The notes below the pieces were generated by a model. That model did not search any database, was not told where the DNA came from, and saw nothing but the letters and a program-made list of their open reading frames with translations. Shown here one piece after another: positions 46,867 through 56,288 of a stretch of 64,000 nt of DNA. The translations under genes and the position numbers were made by a program. Every line of letters starts with the position of its first letter. The first letter of the stretch is position 1. Source of the stretch: an uncultured Gemmatimonadaceae bacterium (GTDB taxonomy: Bacteria > Gemmatimonadota > Gemmatimonadetes > Gemmatimonadales > Gemmatimonadaceae); contig OY970320.1 of the NCBI GenBank assembly GCA_963716745.1, forward strand, positions 2,944,001-3,008,000, in the 5' to 3' direction.

Positions 46867-49224
46867 ATGACCGTCGCCGAGATCTTCGAGACGATGACCT
46901 ACGGCCCCGCGCCGGAGAGCGCGAAGCCCGCGCTCGACTGGATCGCGGCGCACGGCGGCGAGTTCGGTCATTTCATCGGCGGGAAGTTCACGCGGGCCAA
47001 AGGCGGCAAGCTTTTCGCGACGATGAATCCCGCGACCGGCAAACCGCTCGCGCGCATCGCGCAGGGCACCGCGAGCGACGTGAACGCCGCGGTGAAGGCG
47101 GCTCGCGCGGCGTATCCCGCGTGGAGCAAGCTGCCGGGGCACGAGCGCGCGCGGCATCTGTACGCGCTCGCGCGCGCGGTGCAGAAGAATTCGCGGTTGC
47201 TCGCGGTGCTGGAGAGCCTCGACAACGGCAAGCCGATCCGCGAGACGCGCGACTTGGACATTCCACTCGTGGCCCGGCACTTCTACCACCACGCGGGCTG
47301 GGCGCAGCTCATGGAGAGCGAGTTCGCCGGCTACGGCTCGCTCGGCGTGGTGGGGCAGATCATCCCGTGGAATTTCCCGCTGCTCATGCTCGCGTGGAAG
47401 GTCGCGCCGGCGCTCGCGGCGGGGAACACGAGCGTGCTGAAGCCGGCGGAATTCACGCCGCTCACCGCGCTGTGCTTCGCCGAGCTCGCGGCGCGCGCGG
47501 GGTTGCCGCCGGGCGTGCTCAACATCGTGACCGGCGACGGTGAGACCGGCGCCGCGCTGGTTGACGCGGATGTCGACAAGATCGCGTTCACGGGTTCCAC
47601 CGAGGTGGGCCGCGTGATCCGGCGCGCGACCGCTGGGTCGGGCAAGAAGCTCTCGCTCGAGCTGGGCGGCAAGAGTCCGTTCATCGTGTTCGAGGATGCG
47701 GATCTCGATAGCGTCGTCGAGGGCGTGGTGGATGCGATCTGGTTCAACCAGGGGCAGGTGTGCTGCGCCGGCTCGCGGCTGCTCGTGCAAGAAGGGATCG
47801 CCGAGCGTCTCACCGACAAGCTGCGCGCGCGCATGGAGAAACTCCGCGTCGGCTCGCCGCTGGACAAAGCGGTGGACATGGGCGCGATCGTGGCGCCGGT
47901 GCAGTTGGAGCGCATTCGCACTCTGGTCGCGAAGGGCATCGAGGAAGGCGCCGAGATGTGGCAGCCGAGCTGGGCGGTGCCCAAGGAGGGCAGCTTCTAT
48001 CCGCCGACGCTGTTCACCGAGGTCGCGCCGAGCAGCACGATCGCGCAGGTGGAGATCTTCGGTCCCGTGCTCGTGAGCATGACGTTCCGCACGCCCGAGG
48101 AAGCGGTCGCCCTCGCGAACAACACGCCATTCGGCCTCGCGTCCAGCGTGTGGACCGAGAACATCAATCTCGCGCTCGACATCGCGCCGAAGATCAAAGC
48201 GGGTGTCGTCTGGGTGAACTGCACGAACATGTTCGACGCTGCTGCGGGATTCGGTGGGTATCGGGAGTCGGGATTCGGGCGGGAAGGTGGGCGCGAGGGG
48301 ATGTACGAATACGTGAAGCAAGAGCGGGCTGTCGGCCGTCGGCTGTCGCCTGCCAAACGCCTGCCTGCGACAGCCGACAGCCGACAGCCCGCCGTCGACC
48401 GCACTCCGAAGCTCTTCATCGGCGGCAAGCAGGCTCGCCCGGACTCGGGTTATTCGCGGATCGTGAAGGGCGCGGGCGGTCGCGCGATCGGCGAAGTCGG
48501 AGAGGGCAACCGGAAGGATATTCGGAACGCCGTGGAGGCCGCGCATGCGGCCAGCGGTGCGTGGGCGCGCGCCACCGGGCATGCGCGGGCGCAGATCTTG
48601 TACTACATCGCCGAGAATCTCTCCGTGCGCGCAGGAGAATTCGCAGCGCGGATCGAGCAGATGACGGGGAAGGGCGGGGGCGCGGCCGAGGTCGAGGCGA
48701 GCATTGCGCGGCTGTTCACGTATGCCGCGTGGGCCGACAAGTGGGATGGCGCCGTGCATTCCGTACCGATCCGCGGCGTGGCGATGGCGATGAACGAGCC
48801 GATCGGCGTGATCGGTGTTGGCGCGCCGGAGCTCCCTCCCCTCCTGGGCTTCATCTCTCTCGTTGCGCCGCTCGTGGCGACCGGCAACACGGTGGTCGCC
48901 GTGCCGAGCGAGGAATATCCGCTGGCCGCGACGGACTTCTATTCGGTGCTAGAGACCAGCGACGTGCCGGCGGGCGTCATTAACATCGTGACCGGCGCGA
49001 AGGACGCGCTGAGTTTCGTGCTGGCCGAGCACGATGATGTGGACGGCGTGTGGTACCGGGGAACTCGCGATGGCGCGACCGCGATCGAGAAGGCGAGCGC
49101 ATCGAACATGAAACGCACGTCTTGCGAATGGAAGCCGCGCGACTGGACGAACGACGGCGAAGGGCGGGAGTTCCTGCGAAGTGCGACGCAGGTGAAGAAT
49201 ATTTGGATTCCGTATGGGGAGTAA
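46867..49224 (+). CDS. Aldehyde dehydrogenase with duplicated second domain (ALDH16-like)
   Basis: IIPWNFP, FTGSTEVG, LELGGKSP, NQGQVCCAG and EIFGPV motifs; second degenerate ALDH domain after a linker. Confidence 0.92.
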   Translation: MTVAEIFETMTYGPAPESAKPALDWIAAHGGEFGHFIGGKFTRAKGGKLFATMNPATGKPLARIAQGTASDVNAAVKAARAAYPAWSKLPGHERARHLYALARAVQKNSRLLAVLESLDNGKPIRETRDLDIPLVARHFYHHAGWAQLMESEFAGYGSLGVVGQIIPWNFPLLMLAWKVAPALAAGNTSVLKPAEFTPLTALCFAELAARAGLPPGVLNIVTGDGETGAALVDADVDKIAFTGSTEVGRVIRRATAGSGKKLSLELGGKSPFIVFEDADLDSVVEGVVDAIWFNQGQVCCAGSRLLVQEGIAERLTDKLRARMEKLRVGSPLDKAVDMGAIVAPVQLERIRTLVAKGIEEGAEMWQPSWAVPKEGSFYPPTLFTEVAPSSTIAQVEIFGPVLVSMTFRTPEEAVALANNTPFGLASSVWTENINLALDIAPKIKAGVVWVNCTNMFDAAAGFGGYRESGFGREGGREGMYEYVKQERAVGRRLSPAKRLPATADSRQPAVDRTPKLFIGGKQARPDSGYSRIVKGAGGRAIGEVGEGNRKDIRNAVEAAHAASGAWARATGHARAQILYYIAENLSVRAGEFAARIEQMTGKGGGAAEVEASIARLFTYAAWADKWDGAVHSVPIRGVAMAMNEPIGVIGVGAPELPPLLGFISLVAPLVATGNTVVAVPSEEYPLAATDFYSVLETSDVPAGVINIVTGAKDALSFVLAEHDDVDGVWYRGTRDGATAIEKASASNMKRTSCEWKPRDWTNDGEGREFLRSATQVKNIWIPYGE
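48324..48392. repeat. Family G heptamer palindrome (GCTGTCG/CGACAGC) in frame in the ALDH linker
   Basis: GCGGGCTGTCGGCCGTCGGCTGTCGC ... GCGACAGCCGACAGCCGACAGCCCGC. Confidence 0.8.
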
Positions 49225-49226
49225 CT

Positions 49227-49341
49227 AACGACGCGGGACTCGGGACTCGGGACTCGCCGCGGGATTCGAAATGCGCGACAGAGGCTCCCCGGCTGTTCAC
49301 GAGTCCCGCGGCGAGTCCCGAGTCCCGAATCCCGCGTCGTT
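49227..49341. repeat. Family E palindrome, intergenic copy between convergent genes
   Basis: AACGACGCGGGACTCGGGACTCGGGACTCGCCGCGGGA ... TCCCGCGGCGAGTCCCGAGTCCCGAATCCCGCGTCGTT. Confidence 0.9.
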
Positions 49342-50636
49342 CAGTGGATCTCCAGCACCATCACCACCGGCCGATGCAGCGCCGCCCCCGGCGTCACGGT
49401 GCCGTCCGGCGCGAAGCGATCCCAGCCCGATGTCGCGATGAAGTAGAACTTGTCGCCCACCATTACACCGTGATTCGGCTCGTTCAGCACGGGGAGATTC
49501 GCGGCAAGCGTCGACCACTTCTCGATCTTGGTCATTCCGCGATCGAGATCCAGCCGGATCACGCGGTCGAGCGGGAGTCCATTCTGGATCGCGATCAATG
49601 AATGCCCCGCCATCGCCATGCCGTCGATGCCGTTGATCGCGGCGTGCGCATCGTTCTCCAGCCACGTCACCTTGCCGGTCGCGCGATCCACGACGGCGAT
49701 CCCCTTGATATAGTCGGCCACGAAGAGCCGTTTGCCGTCCGCCGCGGCCACGGGCTGCTGTGGGTTCGGGAAGATCCCCGGCGGCACGAGCTGCTCCAAC
49801 GAATCGCGCCCCTCGCGGATCACGTACACGCCGCCGCCGGTCGCGTCGCTCGTGAACACGTCGCCGTTCTTCGCGACGGTGAGATCGCCGAACACATGAT
49901 CGGCGCTGTCGTCCGCCAGATCATAGCTGCGCATGAGCAACCCAGTTGTGAGATTCAGACGCAGCACGGCGCTGCTGCCCGAATCGCCCGGCGCCAGCGC
50001 GAACGCCTCGGGCATGCCGGCGGTGGTGGCCCAGAGCGAGTGCCGCGCAGCATCCACGTCGAGGCCCATCATCGCCATCACGCTGTCGCGCGCCGGCGGA
50101 ACGAAGTCGCTCCACTGCCCGCCTTGCCGCACGATGACCTTCCGTTCGCGAATGCTGCTCAAGAAGAAGCGTCGCGTCGTCGAGTCATACGCAATGTCCT
50201 CGGCGACGAACTCGCTGTCGGGCACCGTGAACGCTGTCACCGGATGGCCCACGGCTTCGCGATTCTTCGCGATGCGCGCGAGCAACTCTTTCCACCCGGG
50301 AGCGCCGCGCACCGGTGCGAGCAATGAATCGGCATCCATATCCTTCACGAGCCCCGTGGCTGCGTACATCTTGAGCCACTTCATCGCGCCCGCCGTGTCA
50401 TGCATCTGCGCATCCGCGCGTGCCTGCGCGATCATGGTACTCGGAAAACCGTTCAGTTCCTTGTAGAGCACCTCGGCGTAGTGCCGGTACGCTTTCCAGT
50501 CGCCGTGCACGCGCGCCGAGTCTCCCGCCGCGCTTCGCTCGCGCCAGGTGGAATCCCCCTGCGCGCTCGCTGATACAACCGCGAGCGCAACACCGAAGGC
50601 GACAGCCGACAGCCGACAGCCGACACTCGAGATCAT
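49341..50636 (-). CDS. Exported beta-propeller protein (SMP-30/gluconolactonase/NHL-like)
   Basis: Start at MISSVG with RBS GGAGG and ATGA overlap; EDIAYD, FGDLTV..NGDVF and GIDGM blades. Confidence 0.75.
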   Translation of the reverse strand: MISSVGCRLSAVAFGVALAVVSASAQGDSTWRERSAAGDSARVHGDWKAYRHYAEVLYKELNGFPSTMIAQARADAQMHDTAGAMKWLKMYAATGLVKDMDADSLLAPVRGAPGWKELLARIAKNREAVGHPVTAFTVPDSEFVAEDIAYDSTTRRFFLSSIRERKVIVRQGGQWSDFVPPARDSVMAMMGLDVDAARHSLWATTAGMPEAFALAPGDSGSSAVLRLNLTTGLLMRSYDLADDSADHVFGDLTVAKNGDVFTSDATGGGVYVIREGRDSLEQLVPPGIFPNPQQPVAAADGKRLFVADYIKGIAVVDRATGKVTWLENDAHAAINGIDGMAMAGHSLIAIQNGLPLDRVIRLDLDRGMTKIEKWSTLAANLPVLNEPNHGVMVGDKFYFIATSGWDRFAPDGTVTPGAALHRPVVMVLEIH

Positions 50637-52504
50637 TCCTCCCTCCCTGCGGCGAGTCTGTCCAGATCGTCCGCCGCATTCTGCGCGCGGTCGAGCAACT
50701 GCGAGATCGTGTCCAAGACGTTGCCACCGCCGTGCAGCCGCAGCAAGCCGAGGCGGATCGTCTCGAGCGCGGCGACGGTCGTCCCCAGTTCGCGCTTGGC
50801 CTCGTCGCGGCGCTCGGCGAGCCGCGCGTACTCGAGCTCGCCACCGGGCGTCCGGCCGTCGCGCGCGAGCAGCGCCGACAGATTGTCGCCGTTCATCCGG
50901 ATGCTCGCGGCGCGCGCTTCGAGGCGCTTCACCACGTCGGGGATGTCGCCGAGCTGTTTGCGCTGGTCCTTTGGCAGGGTCTCGTAGAGCTCGAGCGCCG
51001 CGAGGCCCAGCGCGGCCTCGGTGGGTCGATTCAGCAGCTGCATGGGCGCCTTGCGGCCGCGCGCGAGATGCCGAGCGAGCCAGGAGCCAACTCGCGTACC
51101 CCAGAACCACTTTCGAAGCGATCCGTCGAGCATCACGCCGGCGCGGCGGCCGAGCATCGGGATGCCGAGGGCGTTGCAGAGCAGGAATCCGCTGCCCGCG
51201 GCGATGCCGACATACATGACGAGATTGTCCGAGCCGATCGGCGTGTGCTTGTACACGAGCGCATACGCGATGAGGTAGGCCAAGCCCGCGGCGAACAGCC
51301 CGAGCACACTCCACGAGGTGGCGCGCACGACCTGCATCCACCTGGGGATCTCCGACGCCGTGAATGTGAGTTCTTCGCGGCGCGCTTCGCGCCAGCGATC
51401 GAGCGCGAGGCGCAGATCGGCCACGGAATAGCCGGCGACGAGCGCTCGGCGCGTGAGGCTCAAGTGGAATCCGAGTTGCGCGAGCGCCGGCAGCATCGTG
51501 ATCGCCGTCGTGTACGCGGCGCTCACCCAGTCCTTCTTGACGATATCGCCGATCACCGAAAGCGTGCCGATCAGGATCCACACATTGAAGAACGTGCGCG
51601 CGGGATTCTGCGACTCCAGCCATACTCTGATGGGCGGTGGAACATCCAATCGTTGCATCGCGTCCGTTTCGAGCGCGGCGGCGAGCGACTTCGCGTCGGT
51701 GAAGCGCGCGGCCGGATCCTTGCGCAGGCAGCGGTCCACGGCCTGCCCGAGGAGCCGCGGCACGGCCGCGACATCGGCGAGCACCGGCGGCGGTTCGTTC
51801 AGATGTTTCGCGATGATAGCCGTGGCATTCGCGCCATCGAACGGCACGCTCGCGGTGAGTGCGTAGTACCCCACGATGCCGAGCGAATAGAGATCGCTCC
51901 GCGCATCCACCACGTCGCCGGCGCCTTGCTCGGGGCTCATGAAATGCGCGGTGCCCATGATCTTCGAGCCATCGTCGCCGCTGTCGTGCGCGCCGGAGCG
52001 CGCGATGCCGAAGTCGGTGACGAGCGCGCGGCCGCTCTCGCGCTCGAGCAGGATGTTGTCGGGCTTCACGTCGCGGTGCACCACCGCGTGATCGTGCGCA
52101 TGTCCGAGCGCCCATGCTACCTCCCGCAACAGCTTCGCCGCCGGGGCGGGGGCGAGCGGCCCATGGTCGCGCACGCGCGTGCCGAGCGTTCCGCCATCCA
52201 CGTACGTCATGACGAAGAAGACATACCCGCCGGCCTCGCCAACGCGGTGGATGGGCACGATGTTCGGATGCGAGAGATTCGCCGCCGTGCGCGCCTCGCG
52301 CAGGAATCGCGCGCGCGCATCCGGCTTCGCGGCGAGGAACGGGCTCAACACCTTGATCGCGACGAGCCGCTCCAACTGCACCTCGCGCGCGAGATACACG
52401 ACGCCCATCCCGCCGCGCCCCAGCTCGCGCTCGAGCGAATACTCCCCCGCGAGCGCCTGCTGCAACGCGACGAAGTCGCCATCCAGCGCGTAGGGATTGT
52501 TCAC
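50633..52504 (-). CDS. Hanks-type Ser/Thr protein kinase with membrane segments
   Basis: LGRGGMGVVY, VAIK, HRDVKPDN, DFGIA, GTAHFMSPEQ and DLYSLG motifs. Confidence 0.95.
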   Translation of the reverse strand: MNNPYALDGDFVALQQALAGEYSLERELGRGGMGVVYLAREVQLERLVAIKVLSPFLAAKPDARARFLREARTAANLSHPNIVPIHRVGEAGGYVFFVMTYVDGGTLGTRVRDHGPLAPAPAAKLLREVAWALGHAHDHAVVHRDVKPDNILLERESGRALVTDFGIARSGAHDSGDDGSKIMGTAHFMSPEQGAGDVVDARSDLYSLGIVGYYALTASVPFDGANATAIIAKHLNEPPPVLADVAAVPRLLGQAVDRCLRKDPAARFTDAKSLAAALETDAMQRLDVPPPIRVWLESQNPARTFFNVWILIGTLSVIGDIVKKDWVSAAYTTAITMLPALAQLGFHLSLTRRALVAGYSVADLRLALDRWREARREELTFTASEIPRWMQVVRATSWSVLGLFAAGLAYLIAYALVYKHTPIGSDNLVMYVGIAAGSGFLLCNALGIPMLGRRAGVMLDGSLRKWFWGTRVGSWLARHLARGRKAPMQLLNRPTEAALGLAALELYETLPKDQRKQLGDIPDVVKRLEARAASIRMNGDNLSALLARDGRTPGGELEYARLAERRDEAKRELGTTVAALETIRLGLLRLHGGGNVLDTISQLLDRAQNAADDLDRLAAGREE

Positions 52505-52557
52505 GAAGCGGTAGTTGTAGTTACGATGCCCGATGAACGATGCCCGATGAACGGCAC

Positions 52558-53661
52558 CTATGCAGCAAGTACGGGCAATCCCTTCCGCGAGTTCCGCCCG
52601 CTCTCGATGATCCCGCCACCGAGCATCCGCGTGTCGTCGTAGACCACGATGGACTGCCCCGGGCTGATCGCGCTCACCGGCTCGTCGAGCGCCAGTTCGA
52701 TCTCGGCTCCCTCCGCCCGAACCAACTCGGCCGCCGCCGGCGCCGCGTGATGCCGGATCTGGACGTGCACTCTCGCGCCGACGGCCGGCGCGTCGGCGAG
52801 CCAATTCACCTCGCGCGCGATCACGCCATGGCCGAGCAGTTCCTCGCGAGGCCCGATCACCACGGCGCGCTCCGCCGGCCGGATCGCCACTACGAACATC
52901 GGCTCGGCGTTTCCGCCGGGCACGCCCTTCCGCTGGCCGATGGTGAAACGCGCATAGCCGCGATGCTCACCGACCACGCGGCCGTCGCTGGTCACGAAGG
53001 GGCCTGGCAGGAGCGACGGTGTATTCGCGCCGAGCTCGCGTGCGATCACCTTCGCGTGATCGCCGTCGGGCACGAAGCAGATGTCCTGGCTTTCCGGCTT
53101 CTCGCTCACCACCGACAGCCCGAGCGCGCGGGCGCGGGCGCGCGTCTCGTCCTTGCTCAGGTCGCCTACCGGCAGCAGCATGCGCGACACGACGGCGCGG
53201 TCGATCCCCCACAGGAAATAGCTCTGGTCCTTCCGGTGATCGCGCCCACGGTGCAGTTCGCCGTTCATCGCTCGCGCATAGTGGCCGGTGGCGATCCAGC
53301 GCGCATCGAGCGCATCGGCCTTGTGCACGAGATCGCGGAACTTCGTAAAGGTGTTGCAGCGCACGCACGGGATGGGAGTGCGGCCCGCGTCGTACTCCTG
53401 CACGAAGTCGCGCACCACGTCGCGGCTGAACGCCGTCTCGAGATTGAGCACATAGTGCGGCACGCCCACGCGCTCGCACACGCGGCGCGCGTCGTCGATC
53501 GAGTCGAGCGAGCAGCACGGGCGGTCGGGAACATCCTCGCCGTAACAGAAGAGCTTCATGGTCACGCCGATCACGTCGTAGCCCTGCTCGGCGAGCACGG
53601 CGGCTGCCACCGAACTATCGACGCCGCCGCTCATCGCGACCAGCACCCGCTCGCGCGGCAT
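52558..53661 (-). CDS. mnmA: tRNA-specific 2-thiouridylase MnmA
   Basis: AMSGGVDSS, TPIPCVRCN, ATGHY, KDQSYFL, ESQDICF, TIGQRKG and SPGQ motifs. Confidence 0.96.
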   Translation of the reverse strand: MPRERVLVAMSGGVDSSVAAAVLAEQGYDVIGVTMKLFCYGEDVPDRPCCSLDSIDDARRVCERVGVPHYVLNLETAFSRDVVRDFVQEYDAGRTPIPCVRCNTFTKFRDLVHKADALDARWIATGHYARAMNGELHRGRDHRKDQSYFLWGIDRAVVSRMLLPVGDLSKDETRARARALGLSVVSEKPESQDICFVPDGDHAKVIARELGANTPSLLPGPFVTSDGRVVGEHRGYARFTIGQRKGVPGGNAEPMFVVAIRPAERAVVIGPREELLGHGVIAREVNWLADAPAVGARVHVQIRHHAAPAAAELVRAEGAEIELALDEPVSAISPGQSIVVYDDTRMLGGGIIESGRNSRKGLPVLAA

Positions 53662-53663
53662 GA

Positions 53664-54827
53664 TCAGTTCGCGGCGCCCGCGAGGCGGCGTGCCTTGGCG
53701 ACCAGCTTGGGGAAGACCTGCGCCACGCGGTCGAGCTGCTCCGCCGTGGTGAGCGAGCCGAGGCTCATGCGGATCGCGGCGACCGCGACGTCGCGCGGCG
53801 ATCCGATCGCGCACAGCACGTGCGACGGATCGACGCTCCCGCTCTGGCACGCCGAGCCCGAGGAGCAGGCGATGCCGGAGAGGTCGAGCGCCATGAGGAG
53901 CGATTCGCTGTCGGTGCCGGGCACCGAGATGCTCAGGATGTGCGCGGCGCGCGGCGCGCCGGCGGCGTGCACCACCGCGTCGGGAATGTTGGCGAGCAAC
54001 GCCGCCTGCAGCTTGTCGCGCAGGGCGGAGAGGCGCGCATGCTCGGCGTCCATCTCCGCGATCGCGAGCTCGGCAGCGCGCGCGAAGCCCACGGCGGCGG
54101 CGACGTTCTCCGTGCCGGGGCGCTGGCCGCGATTCTGCGCGCCGCCATGCTGCAGCGGCTCGAGCGGCGAGCCGCGCCGGATGAAGAGCGCACCGATTCC
54201 CTTGGGCGCGCCGATCTTGTGGCCGGAACAGGCGAAGTAATCAAAAGGCTGCGTCTTCGCATCGACGCGTACTTTGCCGAACGCCTGCACGCCATCGGTG
54301 TGGAAGAGCGCACCGCGCGCGCGGGCCGCGGCGGCGAGCGCGGGGATGTCCTGGATCGTGCCGATCTCGTTGTTCACCCACATCACCGAGACGATGGCGA
54401 CATCATCGCCTATCGCGGCGTCGTACGACTTCCGGAGTACGATGCCGTTCGCGTCGACGCTGACGATGCGTTCCTCGCCGCCTTCGGCCGCCACGTGATG
54501 CACCGCCGCAAGCACCGCCTTGTGCTCGATGGGCGTGGTGACCGCCGCGCGCTTGCCCTTGGACTTGAGCGCACGGAAGGCGCCGAGGATCGCGAGGTTA
54601 TCGCCTTCCGTGCCGCCGGAGGTAAACGCTATCTCGTCGGAGGTGGCGCCGATGCACTTCGCGACGCGCTCGCGCGCCTCATCGAGCGCGGCGCGCGCTT
54701 CGCGCCCCCAGCGGTGGGTGCTGCTCGGATTCCCGAAGCGGGGGCCGTAGAACGGCTCCATGGCTTCGCGGACTTCCGCGCGGACGGGGGTGGTGGCGGC
54801 GTGATCGAGGTAGATAGGCTCCAGCAT
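53664..54827 (-). CDS. iscS: Cysteine desulfurase (IscS/NifS family)
   Basis: IYLDHAATTP, FTSGGTE, HTDGVQ, SGHKIG and SSGSAC motifs. Confidence 0.92.
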   Translation of the reverse strand: MLEPIYLDHAATTPVRAEVREAMEPFYGPRFGNPSSTHRWGREARAALDEARERVAKCIGATSDEIAFTSGGTEGDNLAILGAFRALKSKGKRAAVTTPIEHKAVLAAVHHVAAEGGEERIVSVDANGIVLRKSYDAAIGDDVAIVSVMWVNNEIGTIQDIPALAAAARARGALFHTDGVQAFGKVRVDAKTQPFDYFACSGHKIGAPKGIGALFIRRGSPLEPLQHGGAQNRGQRPGTENVAAAVGFARAAELAIAEMDAEHARLSALRDKLQAALLANIPDAVVHAAGAPRAAHILSISVPGTDSESLLMALDLSGIACSSGSACQSGSVDPSHVLCAIGSPRDVAVAAIRMSLGSLTTAEQLDRVAQVFPKLVAKARRLAGAAN

Positions 54828-54859
54828 GGTTCAAATATACTCTCGAATGGACGTTCCTT

Positions 54860-55001
54860 GAACCGCTGACGGCGGGGTTGGTACCGCCGGGAGCGTGTGT
54901 GGCGTTGGCGTTGGGAACCAGCCAACTCTACCTAGGCCGCGGCTCCCAACGCCACCGCCACACACGCCTTCAGCGGTACCAACCCCGCCGCCCGCGGTAC
55001 G
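54860..55001 (+). repeat. Family D element, copy 2
   Basis: Same arms as 45634-45772. Confidence 0.9.
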
Positions 55002-55012
55002 AGTCCCGCCGT

Positions 55013-56286
55013 TCATTGCTTGTACACCACCCCGTCCTTCATGACGAAGCTTCACATTTTCCATCACCGTGATATCCGCCAACGGATCGCCGCGATACCG
55101 CAATGATATCCGCGTATTTCCCGGCCTTGATCGATCCGATCTTCGCCGATTGCCCGAGCAGATCCGCGGCACCTACCGTCGCCGCTTGCAGCGAGGCCAG
55201 CGGCGTCATGCCGAACTTCACCATGTAGGAGAATTCCTTCGCGTTCGTGCCGAAGGGGCACACGGAGATATCGGTGCCGAAGGCGATCTTCACGCCCTCC
55301 TTCACCGCGCGCTTGAAATTGTCGATGGCGATCTGATTCAGCCGGTCGGAATGCTCGAGGAAATCCGCGGGATAGCCGGCGGCGGAGTCGATGCAGCCGA
55401 TGGTCTCGAGCGTCGGCACGAGGTAGGTGCCGTGCTGCTTCATGAGCTGGATGCCTTCTTCGTCCAGATAGCTCCCGTGCTCGATCGAATTCACGCCGGC
55501 GCGCACCGCCGCCTTGATGCCGGCGGCGTTGTGCGCATGCGCCGCGACGCGGAGCCCGAAATTGTGCGCCTCGTCCACGGCGGCGACGAGCTCCTCGTCG
55601 GTGAACTCGCGCGCGTTCGCGTTGCTGTTGTGCGTGAGCACGGCGCCGGTGGAGAGCACTTTGATGAGATCCACACCCTGGCCCGCGAGCATGCGCACCC
55701 GCTGTCGCACCTCCCACGGACTGTTGGCCTCGCCGTAGTGCAGATCCCATGGGAGCCCGATGTCCGCCGCCATGCCGGTGACCGCGCCCGCGCCGCCCGT
55801 GATCGTGATGTACGCGCCCGCGACGAACATCCGCGGCCCGGGGATGTCCCCGCGATTGATCGCATCGCGCATTGCGACATCGACCAGCGCACGGTACGTG
55901 CCCACGTCGCGCACGGTGGTGAAGCCCGCCATGAGCACGATCCGCGGATTGGGGATCGAGCGGAACGCTTCCTCGGCGGCAGTGCGCCGGAGTTCATCGA
56001 GCGGCTCGGGATCGTTCGCCGGGCCCACCAGATGCGTATGCATGTCGAGCAGGCCGGGGAGCACGGTCATCGCCGAGAGATCGATGACCTTCGCGTCCTT
56101 CGGGATCGCGACCGACGGGCCGACCTCGGCGATCATCCCATTCTTCACGAGGATGATCTGGTTCGAGAGCATCTTGCCGGCATCGGCGTCGAAAAACTTT
56201 CCGGCTTTGATGGCGGTCGTCTGGGACGCGAGCGACGATCCCGCGACCACGAGCGCCGCGGTGGCGCATCGAATGGAGAGTCTCAT
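55013..56286 (-). CDS. Exported amidohydrolase (Xaa-Pro dipeptidase-like); two apparent +1 indels near the 3' end
   Basis: PGLLDMHTH, GFTTVRD, AAHAH, SIEHG and FGTD motifs; tail KYADIIAVS/GDPLADITVMENVK/FVMKDGVVYKQ is split over three frames. Confidence 0.85.
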
Positions 56287-56288
56287 GG

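Noticed and set aside
49341..52115. 924-aa ORF as a single protein
   Set aside because: The first ~490 aa are an alternate frame of the kinase gene; the real gene starts at 50636 with RBS and signal peptide.
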